A stretch of 64,000 nt of DNA from Myxococcota bacterium (GTDB lineage Bacteria; Myxococcota_A; UBA9160; UBA6930), in the NCBI GenBank assembly GCA_965223705.1, contig OZ245015.1, forward strand, positions 512,001 through 576,000. The letters are read 5' to 3'. This document shows, piece after piece, positions 46,932-56,934 of the stretch. How positions within the stretch are numbered: position 1 is the stretch's first letter; each line of letters starts with the position of its first letter. Made by a program: the position numbers and the translations under genes. The notes beneath the pieces are model-generated. The model worked only from the letters and a program-made list of their open reading frames with translations, searched no databases and was not told where the DNA came from.

Positions 46932-48713
46932 TCAACCCACCCGGTGCGAACGCGGCGCTCGTAGGGCACCCGCGAGTGCCGCCGGACTACTCACGGTCGA
47001 GGCCCCCAGGCGCGACACAAAAGAGCGACGATCTGGTTCGGCCGTGCTTTCGAGTTCGAGCGCCACATCGCCGGGTCCAGCGAGGGCGCGAAGACGTTCT
47101 TCTTCCAGGGCGTCGGTCAGCATGACGACGTCGAGTACGGCAGGCTTGGGAAGATGGTTCGCGTAGGCGCGTTCCACCGCTGCGACAGCTTCTTCGTAAG
47201 GCCCGTCGAGTGCAGCGTCGTGGCGAAGAAAAAGTTGCACGTCGTCGTGTTCGACCAGGAGCGTTCCGTAGTCCCGGAGCAAGAGGTCGATTTCCGTGTC
47301 TCCCTGCCAGTGGGGCCATGCGAAGACGCGTATCGGTTCTCGTTCGAACTGCTCGCACAACGCGTCGATCGCTGCGCGGCGCCGCGGCTCGCGCAGGGGC
47401 TCGCCTGCTGCACTCGCCGCGCCGCGCTCGGCAAAGCGCGAGACGTCTTCTGCAGAGCCGAGAAGCGCCGCCGCTTCTGCCGCTAGGTACCACGCGTCGG
47501 GATCGTTGCGTTCGACGAAGGGTGTGAGCCTCTTCAGGGCGCGATCCGGGGAGTCGCAGACGATATCGAGCTCGGCTCGGAGGAGTTCGGAGATATCCGA
47601 AGCCTGTTCGAGTCGATCGAGAGCCTGACGCGCGGGAGCCGCATTGCCCCGTGCGAGCTCGACAGACGCCAAGCCGAGCCGCGAACGATCTCCCGTGGCG
47701 CCCGCGATCACCTCTGCCGTAAAGGGCTGGCCCGCTCTCTCGAGCGCCGCTCGGTAGGCTTTTGCCGCGCGTTGCCAATGATCCTTTCGAACCTCATCGC
47801 TCGTTTCTTGGGCGAGTACCCGACGCGCTTCCGCTTCGAGAAAGTCGAGGTTCGGGTGCGGATCTGCGAGCCGGCGTCCCTTCTCGACGAGCGCGAGCGC
47901 TTCCTCGGCGCGACCTTCGTGCAACCGATAACCCGCGAGCAGAGTCAGGGGCAGCACGGGGTCGTAGCGGCCGGGCTGTTCCTTCGCGATCGAAACGAGC
48001 GTGTCCCATGCGCGCAAAGCCTCGTCGGACGCGCGCCGCAAATCTCCGGCTCGCTCGTACTCCCGCGCCAGATGCGCCCGCATCAGCGGGTGGTTCGGCT
48101 CTTGTTCACACCGGCGTTCGAGAAGCTCGAGATTGCGGCGATCCTTGCCCAAGGCCTCCCTGACGGACGGGATGGCGCCGAGGTGGATGATGGGGGCGGT
48201 CAGGGTTCGTATGACACGGCCCGGTCGCATGGCCCACCGGTCGACGTTCTCGTGAACGGCCCCTTCCCACGCGAGGTCATCGGTCTTTCGGAAGAGTCGC
48301 GCGAGCAAAATGGGATCTCCTCGGCGAGCATCGCCCGAGAGGACGGAGGCGTCGTCGGCGTCGACAGTGGACGCGTTGTGTAGGGGCATCAGTCCGAGGT
48401 CGACTTTTTGTTTCTTGGTGACCCTGCGGAGGGTTCGACCCGCCCCCCGGGCGAGTCGTTCATCCGCGTCGAGCACCAACACGTAGTCCGCCCGCACCTC
48501 GGGCAGAGCCGCGTTGCGCGCCGCCGAGAAATCGTCATTCCACTCGTGCGTGACCACGAGCGCGCCGAATTCACGCGCGATGTCCGCCGTGCGGTCTCGA
48601 CTTCCGGTGTCGACGACGACGATCTGATCGACGGCGCTCTTTGCGGAACGCAGACAGGCACCGAGGTTCGCTTCCTCATCCCGGGCGATGATGCAGAGAC
48701 AAATCGTGCTCAT
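46932..48713 (-). CDS. GT2 glycosyltransferase with TPR-like helical region
   Basis: CIIARDEE, VDTGS.D.T, W.DDFSAARN, LDADE, VHE; Ala-rich helical repeats downstream. Confidence 0.88.
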   Translation of the reverse strand: MSTICLCIIARDEEANLGACLRSAKSAVDQIVVVDTGSRDRTADIAREFGALVVTHEWNDDFSAARNAALPEVRADYVLVLDADERLARGAGRTLRRVTKKQKVDLGLMPLHNASTVDADDASVLSGDARRGDPILLARLFRKTDDLAWEGAVHENVDRWAMRPGRVIRTLTAPIIHLGAIPSVREALGKDRRNLELLERRCEQEPNHPLMRAHLAREYERAGDLRRASDEALRAWDTLVSIAKEQPGRYDPVLPLTLLAGYRLHEGRAEEALALVEKGRRLADPHPNLDFLEAEARRVLAQETSDEVRKDHWQRAAKAYRAALERAGQPFTAEVIAGATGDRSRLGLASVELARGNAAPARQALDRLEQASDISELLRAELDIVCDSPDRALKRLTPFVERNDPDAWYLAAEAAALLGSAEDVSRFAERGAASAAGEPLREPRRRAAIDALCEQFEREPIRVFAWPHWQGDTEIDLLLRDYGTLLVEHDDVQLFLRHDAALDGPYEEAVAAVERAYANHLPKPAVLDVVMLTDALEEERLRALAGPGDVALELESTAEPDRRSFVSRLGASTVSSPAALAGALRAPRSHRVG

Positions 48714-50569
48714 GCTGGTCCTCCCAGATGGCAGGGAATCGAGATCCGGAGCCCCTCCGACGTTGCTGGAGGGTTGGCGAACAGCGGCTGCAAGAAGCCG
48801 TAGTCGCCGTAGGGCGCACCGTCACGACCGCCCCATTTGTCGACAAAGCGATTCCAGTTCTCGCGCAGGAGCTTCTCGTGACGATGGGTCTTTTCGGGTG
48901 TGTAGATTCCGTGTCGAACGAAGACGTCGAGAGCGAGTCGGTTTCGGAATCCGGCGAGCGAAGCGCGCAAGGCAAAATCGTCGTCTTCGAAGCCCCAGGG
49001 CGAGAAACGCTCGTCGAAGCCTCCGATGGCGTCGATCACTTCGCGACGAACCATCACGCAGAAGGAAGTGAAGATTCTCTTGTATCGAGCCTGACCTCGG
49101 AAGTCTCGAGCTCGATCGGCCGCGAAGTGCCTCGTCGAAGCGAGGTCCTCGCCCGCGTCGTAGTCGATGCGCTGGCCGTGGGCCGCTCGATTCGAGACCG
49201 GACTCACGCAGCCGACCTTGGGGTCGGCCGACGCGTGCCACCGCATGAGGTCGAGCCAGCCCGGTGACACGAACGCGTCGTTGTCGAGGAACACGAGCCA
49301 ACGGCCCCGTGCGCGGGAGAGGGCCTGATTGCGCGCGGCGGGAGCGCCGATGTTCTCGAGATTGCAGATCAACTCGAGATCGGGTTGCTCGGCCAGGAAG
49401 GCGGTCGAGCCATCACGCGAACCATTGTCGACCCACACAATTTCGGTGGGATATCTGGGGTCTTCGGCGTGCCGAATGGCTTCGAGACATTTCTTCGTGT
49501 CGTCCAGTCCGTCACTCGACACCACGACGATCGAGGTCAGTTCGCCTTCGCGGGGCCCCGCACAGATTCGCTTTTCGGGATCCTCGCCGTGCTCCATCGC
49601 CACGGCCTCGCGCAGGATGTGATGCGTCGAGATCTGGCGGACGACAGGGGTCAATTGTTGGCGTAGCTCGTCGGGAAGGGGCTTCCCGTGTTGTTCTCGT
49701 TCGAGGCGCTCGATGGTTTGCAACCCCCGCGCCGCCACCTCGCGGAACGCCTCGAAATGGAGCTGACGGGCTTCGGCTTTGACGTTGTCGAGTTCCCCGA
49801 GTTGGCTGACGAACGGAATCACATCTCCGTGCTTCTCTCGGAACAAAACCATGTTTCGCGCCCACGATCGCTGTCGGCGGAAGTATCCCTCCGGCGTCAG
49901 CACGTGATCGTGGTGGCACACCGCATCTTCTCGGTAGAGCACCGAGTAACCCTGTTGTTGGAGCCGGTAGCCCAACTCGACGTCCTCGACGATCGCCTCC
50001 TTGAAGCGCACAGCGTCAAACCCTCCGACGTCGCGGATCGCCTCGACCGGTAAGCTCAAGTTGCAGGTCCAAAAAAAGGTCCAGTCGTGATGCTCTCCGT
50101 GACGGAGGGCGGGGAAGTTGAACAAGAGATCCGAGGCATCCAGAATTTGGACGAAAGGACTGGCACAGGCCTCGGCCGTGAAGTGGAAGCTTCCGAGAAC
50201 GGCCGTGTGATCCGGGGCTTCGTCGTGTGCCGCCAGATGCGTCGCAATCAACGCCCGGTCGGGGACCGCATCGTCGTTGAGGATGAGGACCAAGTGCGCG
50301 CGGCATGCCTCGAGCCCGCAGTTCCGCGCTGCTGCGGGACCGGCGTTGTCTTGGCGGATGACGCGGAGATCGAACGGGAAGCGGTTCTCGTCGAACGTCA
50401 CCGGTTCCGGGCTGCCGTCGTCGACGACAATCACCTCGAACCGGCCGGGTTCGCAGGTCTGTGCGGTGAGCCTGGTGAGTAGCGTCTCGATCGCTTCCGA
50501 CCGGTTGTAGGTCGGAACCAATACAGAAATTTCGGGCATGGATTCTTGCATGGGCTCAATCTCGCGCAT
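48710..50569 (-). CDS. Glycosyltransferase with two GT2 domains
   Basis: PTYNR, DDGS, GPAAARN, LNDD, EDVELGYRL; second domain DNGS.DG, LDND, FEDDD; TGATG overlap with the upstream gene. Confidence 0.9.
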   Translation of the reverse strand: MREIEPMQESMPEISVLVPTYNRSEAIETLLTRLTAQTCEPGRFEVIVVDDGSPEPVTFDENRFPFDLRVIRQDNAGPAAARNCGLEACRAHLVLILNDDAVPDRALIATHLAAHDEAPDHTAVLGSFHFTAEACASPFVQILDASDLLFNFPALRHGEHHDWTFFWTCNLSLPVEAIRDVGGFDAVRFKEAIVEDVELGYRLQQQGYSVLYREDAVCHHDHVLTPEGYFRRQRSWARNMVLFREKHGDVIPFVSQLGELDNVKAEARQLHFEAFREVAARGLQTIERLEREQHGKPLPDELRQQLTPVVRQISTHHILREAVAMEHGEDPEKRICAGPREGELTSIVVVSSDGLDDTKKCLEAIRHAEDPRYPTEIVWVDNGSRDGSTAFLAEQPDLELICNLENIGAPAARNQALSRARGRWLVFLDNDAFVSPGWLDLMRWHASADPKVGCVSPVSNRAAHGQRIDYDAGEDLASTRHFAADRARDFRGQARYKRIFTSFCVMVRREVIDAIGGFDERFSPWGFEDDDFALRASLAGFRNRLALDVFVRHGIYTPEKTHRHEKLLRENWNRFVDKWGGRDGAPYGDYGFLQPLFANPPATSEGLRISIPCHLGGPA

Positions 50570-52143
50570 CACACACCGCCGAACCAATCGGCGAAGAACG
50601 CATCCTCTTCGGAAGTCGTACGCGCTTGCTCAGCAGGGGTCGGCGGAGCGACCAGAGGCCTTTCGCCGAGAAGGATCTCGCACAACGCGTCGAGTTCCGG
50701 ATCGCAACCGGGAGCGAGTGCGTCGGTGTGGTCGTACGTGAGGGTCCCCGCATGGCGCGGCTCTTCCTTCACCCACGGAAACGGCCGACCGAGTTCTCGG
50801 TAGTAGCGAAACGCGAACCGAAACGCGTGGCGCGCCGTTTCTCTCGCAGGCGGACGCGCGAGGTTGGCCGCAGCCACCGCGGCGTATTGGGTCGCGTCGT
50901 CGAGGGACGTTACAAACGGGCAATGCCCGAACCATCCTCGGGCGACGGTCACAACGGGCTGACCGCTTGCGGCCATCTCGAGGCCCAAGGTCGACGAAAA
51001 CACGACGCCCAGCGCCGCGAGATCGGCGAGCGTATAGGAGCTGACCTCTTCGTCGGGGTCTACGATACGGACGTTGTCCGGCGCATCGCGGCGGAGACGC
51101 TCGGCCAGTTCGAGGGTCTGCCGATTTGTTCCTTCTTTGGTCAAATTCGGATGCAGCCGGACGACGATTTGAGCGTGCGGCAACGTCGCGCCCAGGCGCA
51201 CCGTCTCCTCGAACCAGTGCAGAGAATCCCGGAAAGCACCGGCGTTGCGTTCATCGAACGCGGCACACTCATCGTCCGAGCTCGTGAACGCCACGACCAC
51301 GGGGCGGTCGTCGAGAGCGAGTTTTGATCTCACATCGGCTTCGGGCTCCGGCAACGGGCTGTAGCGCAGGTACGGGATGCCGCGACCGAATCGGCGGTCG
51401 TCGAGGAGCGCTTCCGTCCAGAGGAGCTCGTTGCGACTGAGCGGCACGTCGCCCCACAGCGACGAGATCTCTTCAAACAGGGAAAGATCGTGGACACGAC
51501 TATTCTCTGCGAAGCGCAGGGTGCCGGCGCGCATGCCGCGCTCGTGCGTCACGACCCGGATGCCCCGCGCGAGGGCGAGCTCGATGGCCGCCCAATGGGA
51601 GAAGAAGCGGCCGTTCAGCAGGACGAGAAGCTCCGGGCAAAAGCGGTCGAACGCGTTCTCGAGTCCGTTGATCGCAAGCGCGCACCCGGCGAGGTGATCC
51701 CTTGCGCCGGCAGCCAAGGTCTTGTCGGTCAGGTCGATGCGAGACGCCCGGTAGTGAAAGTGCACCGACGACCGAATCCAGTTTCCGACGGGATACCCGC
51801 GATAGTGGGCGTCGAGGAGCTCTCCGTCCTCGAGGCTGTCGACCCAAGACTCGATTTCACGCTCGATTCCCGGAGTGACGTGGCGCCCGAGCCATTCGTA
51901 GTGAGTCGCCATACCGTCGTACAAAGAGGCTGTGGTTTTCTGGCACGACAGACATGAAAGGGGGGTGCGTGGAGACGTCGCCTCGCGAAACACATCGCAG
52001 GTCGGGAAGAGCCCGTCACATGCCACGAAGCGTACATCGACGCCCCGAGCTGCCAACGCGTGCGCCATCGTCGTTTCGCACGCGCCGTGGTAGTGCCACT
52101 GGCCGTACGGGGAGAAGAACAGCGCGCGGGAGATGTCAGACAT
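50569..52143 (-). CDS. Capsule polysaccharide biosynthesis-like (KpsS-like GT-B) protein
   Basis: LNGRF, HERG, RLHPN, SSY, SSTLGLEMA..G.PV motifs; location within the glycan cluster. Confidence 0.6.
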   Translation of the reverse strand: MSDISRALFFSPYGQWHYHGACETTMAHALAARGVDVRFVACDGLFPTCDVFREATSPRTPLSCLSCQKTTASLYDGMATHYEWLGRHVTPGIEREIESWVDSLEDGELLDAHYRGYPVGNWIRSSVHFHYRASRIDLTDKTLAAGARDHLAGCALAINGLENAFDRFCPELLVLLNGRFFSHWAAIELALARGIRVVTHERGMRAGTLRFAENSRVHDLSLFEEISSLWGDVPLSRNELLWTEALLDDRRFGRGIPYLRYSPLPEPEADVRSKLALDDRPVVVAFTSSDDECAAFDERNAGAFRDSLHWFEETVRLGATLPHAQIVVRLHPNLTKEGTNRQTLELAERLRRDAPDNVRIVDPDEEVSSYTLADLAALGVVFSSTLGLEMAASGQPVVTVARGWFGHCPFVTSLDDATQYAAVAAANLARPPARETARHAFRFAFRYYRELGRPFPWVKEEPRHAGTLTYDHTDALAPGCDPELDALCEILLGERPLVAPPTPAEQARTTSEEDAFFADWFGGV

Positions 52144-53095
52144 CGCGACGCTGCGCCGTCATCCACAACGTGTCGCACACAAAGTTGCGGCAGAGATCCT
52201 TCGCGTACGCTTCGCGAGTCTCCCGCCCGATCAGATCATCGAGCCACCCTTCGCCTCCGGGCTCGCCGCGCGTCGCCCAATGGAGGTGATTTCCAATGGA
52301 GTAGCGCTGCAGCGGCTCGACTTTGGCGGCAAATCCGGCGCGGTGTGCGGTGTCGAGGAGCGTATTCTTCGAAAAGTAGACGCGATGAGCGGGGTGCCAG
52401 TAGAAGCGCTGAAACGGCTCGATCTCATAGACCGACAGGAGTGCGTCGTCGACATTGGGGACTTCGACGGCGAGCGCACCACCGGTTTCCAGTCGCGTGG
52501 CGAGGCCGAGGAGAAACTGAACCGGATTCGAGACGTGTTCCAAGACGTGGAACAGGACGATCAAATCGAAACGTTCTTGCCGAAGGTCATCGAGTTCGCG
52601 GACGCATGTGAGCCCGCGTCCGCGTGCGTAGCGCCGCTGTGCGTCGTCGAGCTCAACCCCGGCGATTCCGCGAACGTCTTTTCGCGGAGCGACTTCTTCG
52701 AGAAAGTAGCCGGTCGCGGAACCGACCTCGAGCACGGTCCCCCGGAGCAAACCCGCGCGGTCGAGCTGTTCCGCTCGACGCTTTGCTTCGCGCTTGCCGA
52801 GCTCGTGAAATTGATCGAGGTCGTAGTGTTTCCCGTGGTAGAGGGCGCGGTAACTCGAGCGGTAGAACCGCGCTTCATCTTTCTCCGAGAAGGGAGGGTG
52901 GAGGTAGACGAGGTCACATCGCCGACACTTGTAGGGGAACATGTTGAACCGACGTTCCCAACCGGAGCGAATGGACGCGGAAAGCTTGTCGGCGCGGTAG
53001 GAGCCGCACGTCGGGCATACCGCGGGCGTCGTCGCGCGGCGTGTGACCCGCTTCCTCGGGGTCTCCTCGGGTCGTCGATCAGCGGTGGTGGGCAA
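52136..53095 (-). CDS. Class I SAM-dependent methyltransferase with N-terminal Zn-binding motif
   Basis: CPTC...CRRC, LEVGSATG, FHVLEHV..P, EVPN. Confidence 0.88.
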   Translation of the reverse strand: MPTTADRRPEETPRKRVTRRATTPAVCPTCGSYRADKLSASIRSGWERRFNMFPYKCRRCDLVYLHPPFSEKDEARFYRSSYRALYHGKHYDLDQFHELGKREAKRRAEQLDRAGLLRGTVLEVGSATGYFLEEVAPRKDVRGIAGVELDDAQRRYARGRGLTCVRELDDLRQERFDLIVLFHVLEHVSNPVQFLLGLATRLETGGALAVEVPNVDDALLSVYEIEPFQRFYWHPAHRVYFSKNTLLDTAHRAGFAAKVEPLQRYSIGNHLHWATRGEPGGEGWLDDLIGRETREAYAKDLCRNFVCDTLWMTAQRRDV

Positions 53096-54020
53096 GCGGT
53101 GACCTCAGGTGCGGGGCGGGCGTCGGTCGCGGCCTGCGGACTCCATGGTCTCGCTCCGAGGGATGGACGTAACGGAGCTTGTCTCTCGCCGCGCGCTCCG
53201 TATCGTTGACGCGAACCGTGCCATCCCCGCGTACCGCTTCCGCGCTCCGCACGAAACGAACGAGCTTGATCAGCCCGACAGGTTCGACCGAAGAGCGTTG
53301 ATCCGATCCATAGAGGCGGCGATCCAAGGTGATGTGTCGCTCGATGGCGACGGCGCCCAGGCTGACCGCGACCAGCGTGGGTACAAGACCGAACTCGTGA
53401 CCGCTGTAGCCCACGGGACAGTCGTAGCGCTGTCGTAGCGTCGTGATGCAGTCGAGGTCGAGCTCTTCCGTCGGGGCCGGGTAGGAGGAGTGGCAATGCA
53501 TCACGACGAACGGGGATCCGCCGTCGCGGAGTACGCTCACAGCGTCGTCGATTTCGGGCAGGGTGCTCATCCCGGTGCTCAGGTAGGTCGTGATGCCGGT
53601 CTTCGACGCTGCGCGCAACAGCGCGGTGTGGGTCAACATCGCGGAGGGAATCTTCAACGACTGCGGCTCGTACCGAAGTGCGAATTCCAGACTGGGAAGA
53701 TCCCACACGGACAGAAACCACTCGATTCCCTGTGCCTGGCAGTAGCGATCGATCTCGTCGAATTCTCCTCGCCCGAACTCCAAGCGATGCCGGTAGTCGA
53801 GGTACGTCATTTCGCCCCACGGTGTTTCCCGTCGGGTGTTTTGCATCGAGGGGGGCACGCAGAGTTCCGGCGTGCGCTTCTGGAACTTTACGGCGTCGAC
53901 GCCCGCCACCTTGGCGACGTCGATCAACTGCTTGGCTGCTTCCAAGCTCCCGTTGTGGTTGATTCCGATCTCTGCGATGACCGTCGTGGCATGCGACTTG
54001 TCAACGTTGGCTGTACGCAA
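53079..54020 (-). CDS. neuB: N-acetylneuraminate/nonulosonate synthase family (NeuB-like, short, no obvious C-terminal SAF domain)
   Basis: IAEIGINHNG, AVKFQKR, KIPSA, STGMS, HC.SSYP, GYSGHE, ERHITLDR. Confidence 0.9.
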   Translation of the reverse strand: MRTANVDKSHATTVIAEIGINHNGSLEAAKQLIDVAKVAGVDAVKFQKRTPELCVPPSMQNTRRETPWGEMTYLDYRHRLEFGRGEFDEIDRYCQAQGIEWFLSVWDLPSLEFALRYEPQSLKIPSAMLTHTALLRAASKTGITTYLSTGMSTLPEIDDAVSVLRDGGSPFVVMHCHSSYPAPTEELDLDCITTLRQRYDCPVGYSGHEFGLVPTLVAVSLGAVAIERHITLDRRLYGSDQRSSVEPVGLIKLVRFVRSAEAVRGDGTVRVNDTERAARDKLRYVHPSERDHGVRRPRPTPAPHLRSPLAHHR

Positions 54021-55185
54021 CTTGAGTCTCCCGGAGCGGAATGCCGCTCGCCTGCGCGACTCGGAGCACGTCGCGGTTGAGTTGATCGAACTCCTTCAAA
54101 AGTGCACGTCGGTTCTGCGCCAACGCCGCGGCGAGCGGGCGGTTGTCGATCAGACCATGCAACTTCATCGCAAGTTCGGATGGAGAAAGGGCGCCGCTCC
54201 AGATTTGCTCCGGAGAGACGGAGAGCCTCATCAAGCTCTGGTCCTTCAGAAAGAAGTCGGTCTTTGCGTGGGTCGAGAGCGCCACGAAAGGCTTACCGAG
54301 CCCGAACGGGATCATGCACGCGTGACCGCGCATCCCGACGACGAGATCGCAGGCGGCGTAGGCGCCGACGAACGCGCGGGAGGATTCGGCGCGCGCCGGA
54401 AATACCGAAGGCGTGAGCTCTGGGAGTCGGTAGACGTGATCGCTTCCGATGATCTGAGAAATGAGTGCGTCGTAACGCTCGTCAATCGTCCGCAGATGCG
54501 GGATCAGCAGGACGCGCGCTCCGTGGTTCCGACACAACTCGCGAAGCGCGAGGGCCACGCGCTCGACGCATGTCGCTTCCAGCTCGAGGTGCGGTTCCGG
54601 GTAGCGGTGTCGCGGGCGATCCCCACTGAAGTTCCACCCGATGAGCGGCCCGTCGCCGGGAATCTCACTCGCCTCGGACCAGTTGTTCCAAGGCGCGAAA
54701 ATGCCGGCGTCGGGGACCACACGGATGCGACCCGGCGAAAGTCCCAAGGAAGCGAGCGCCGAACGAGAGCCCGTATTCCGGACCGAGAAGATCGCCGCGC
54801 GATCCTGGACTTCGCACAGATGCGCGGCCAACCGCGCGGTGTCCGAGTTGCGATCGTAGGGAAAGCGGTTGTAGCCCACGCCGTAGACCGCGATCGGCAC
54901 GCGAATTCGTCGGAGGTCCTCCTGGCGAATGTTCCACTGCCATCCCGAGACGCTGCGGTCTTCCGGGCGATGAAACACCAGACCGCCGCCACCGATGAGG
55001 AGCAGGTCCGCAGTGTCGTTCAGCTCTTCGATCTTCTTGCGGTCGTAACACGTCTTCTGACTGTCGACGGAAGTGAACGAGACCTTGCGGCGCGTCGTTC
55101 GCGAGAGGTGGTGTTGAATGGATTCGTGGAGGACCCAATCCCCCAGATTGCGGTTCCATGCACCGTGGTGCCAGATTCGGGTCAC
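54001..55185 (-). CDS. Polysaccharide pyruvyl transferase family protein
   Basis: NLGD, GGGG, YGVG, FSVRN..S, VVPDAG, GMRGHA. Confidence 0.82.
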   Translation of the reverse strand: MTRIWHHGAWNRNLGDWVLHESIQHHLSRTTRRKVSFTSVDSQKTCYDRKKIEELNDTADLLLIGGGGLVFHRPEDRSVSGWQWNIRQEDLRRIRVPIAVYGVGYNRFPYDRNSDTARLAAHLCEVQDRAAIFSVRNTGSRSALASLGLSPGRIRVVPDAGIFAPWNNWSEASEIPGDGPLIGWNFSGDRPRHRYPEPHLELEATCVERVALALRELCRNHGARVLLIPHLRTIDERYDALISQIIGSDHVYRLPELTPSVFPARAESSRAFVGAYAACDLVVGMRGHACMIPFGLGKPFVALSTHAKTDFFLKDQSLMRLSVSPEQIWSGALSPSELAMKLHGLIDNRPLAAALAQNRRALLKEFDQLNRDVLRVAQASGIPLRETQVAYSQR

Positions 55186-55895
55186 TTGGTTGCTCCTCGA
55201 GATCGCGATCCCAGGCCTCGCAACAGTGTTTCAGCGAGTTCGAGATCGGCTTCCGTGTCGACGTCGACCGAGTTCGCAGCGGACATCGCGTAGGCGAGCG
55301 GCTCTCCGTAGTGAAAGCTCCGATGCTCGATGAGCTCCGCCGAGGGTGCGCAGTAGACACTTCCGTTCAAGGCGTAGAGAGCGGGCGCGGCGTCCGATTG
55401 GAAATTGCGCGGCACCTTGTCGGCGATGGGACGAAGCGCGCCGTCTTCGTCGATCACGCGCAGATGGAGGAGGTTTTTTCCGAGTGGTGTCACGGAAACG
55501 ACGTTGTGGTGATGCCGTGTCGACAGCGACACGACGTCCTCGATCGCTTTCACACCGCGGAGAGGCGAGGTCGGCAACAGCATCGCGCAGTGCGAGAAGC
55601 GGGAGGCACCCCCCAACGCTTGGAGCAGGTCGATCACCGGGACGGAAGCGTGCACATCGTCGCGACTGTGTCGAGCATCTCGCAGAGCCGGCACGTCTGC
55701 GCCCTCCGCCGTGCAGAGTTCGGCGATCTCCGGACAGTCCGTGGAAACCGCGACATGGACGATGCCGTCGGCGGCGAGGGCCGCTCGGACCGAGTGGAGG
55801 ACCAAGGGCACGCCGGCGAGGGGTCTCAGATTTTTCCTCGACAACCGGCGGGAACGCCGCTTGGCCGGTATCACGCATAGAACTGAGGCCGTCAT
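55182..55895 (-). CDS. neuA: Acylneuraminate (nonulosonate) cytidylyltransferase
   Basis: IPAKRRSRRLSRKN, STD, LPTSPLR, NGSVY, SVDVDT..D. Confidence 0.88.
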   Translation of the reverse strand: MTASVLCVIPAKRRSRRLSRKNLRPLAGVPLVLHSVRAALAADGIVHVAVSTDCPEIAELCTAEGADVPALRDARHSRDDVHASVPVIDLLQALGGASRFSHCAMLLPTSPLRGVKAIEDVVSLSTRHHHNVVSVTPLGKNLLHLRVIDEDGALRPIADKVPRNFQSDAAPALYALNGSVYCAPSAELIEHRSFHYGEPLAYAMSAANSVDVDTEADLELAETLLRGLGSRSRGATK

Positions 55896-55903
55896 GTCGA
55901 TTC

Positions 55904-55944
55904 CGTTCCCACTGGAGACTTCTCGCCTCATCGGAGTGGGAACG
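55904..55944 (-). promoter_or_regulatory. 10-bp perfect inverted repeat in the neuA leader
   Basis: CGTTCCCACT (55904-55913) ... AGTGGGAACG (55935-55944); the proximal arm covers the presumed RBS. Confidence 0.45.
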
Positions 55945-56059
55945 CGCACACTTGACGATGAATTGCATGCGCACGCGGCGGAGCTACGGGCGCAACTGCG
56001 CCGGTGCAAAAAGGCCTCGCTTAGCGCCACCTGGCGCTTTGGGTCAGGCTTTCACCTGA

Positions 56060-56914
56060 ATGGAAAGCGGGCTGATCGATCGGGTGGTTTGGATCACGGG
56101 CGCCTCCGGCGGGATCGGGCGGGCGACCGCCCGCCGCTTTGCAGGGGAAGGCGCGAGGTTGCTGCTGCAGGCGGGGCAACGACTCGGGGTGGTCGAGCAG
56201 TTCGCCGAGACCTTGGGGCTCGGCGACCGCTGCCTCTGCGTTCGAGGCGACGTGCGCGATCCAGAGGCGCTCGCGTCTTCGGTCGACGCGGGCGTGCGGC
56301 ACTTCGGCGGCATCGACATCACCGTCGTCAACGCGGGAATCTGGCCGCCGGAAGATCGGCCGCTTCACAAGATGCCTGCCGAGCGCTTGCGGGAGGTGAT
56401 CGACGTCAATCAAGTCGGAGCGCTCCTCACGGCGCGCGCATTTCTCCGTCAGCTCTCCGCCCGGACCGAACGGACGCCCGGCGCAAGTATGTGTCTCGTC
56501 GGATCGACAGCGGGACGTTTCGGGGAACGGGGCCACGTCGCGTACGCGGCTACGAAGTCCGCACTCTACGGTTCGCTCCACACCTTGAAGAACGAGATCG
56601 TGACCCTCGATCCGGAGGGACGCGTCAACTTGGTCGAGCCGGGCTGGACGCACACTGAAATGACGGAAGCCACCCTCGCGGATAGCACCATGATCCGCCG
56701 GGCACTCCGGACCATGCCGATCCGGCGCATCGCTCACGCCGAAGACATTGCGAATGCCATCGTGTTCTTCTCGTCGCCACGGCTCGCAAGGCATTTGACC
56801 GGCCAGACGCTGACCGTCGCGGGTGGTATGGAGGGTCGGATCCTTTGGGACGAAGACGACATCGATCCCGAGGCGGTGCGGCGTGATCTCGAAGTTCGGC
56901 CCGGCGACCGCTAG
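56060..56914 (+). CDS. Short-chain dehydrogenase/reductase
   Basis: TGASGGIG, NAG, S, YAATK, VN.V.PG. Confidence 0.92.
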   Translation: MESGLIDRVVWITGASGGIGRATARRFAGEGARLLLQAGQRLGVVEQFAETLGLGDRCLCVRGDVRDPEALASSVDAGVRHFGGIDITVVNAGIWPPEDRPLHKMPAERLREVIDVNQVGALLTARAFLRQLSARTERTPGASMCLVGSTAGRFGERGHVAYAATKSALYGSLHTLKNEIVTLDPEGRVNLVEPGWTHTEMTEATLADSTMIRRALRTMPIRRIAHAEDIANAIVFFSSPRLARHLTGQTLTVAGGMEGRILWDEDDIDPEAVRRDLEVRPGDR

Positions 56915-56934
56915 CCTTAGGAGGAGGCCGCGCC

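Noticed and set aside
53095..53146. In-frame ATG (53146) and TGA upstream of the methyltransferase, suggesting selenocysteine or readthrough
   Set aside because: The TGA lies in a low-complexity stretch overlapping the neuB 3' end, not at a catalytic Cys position, and I see no SECIS-like evidence
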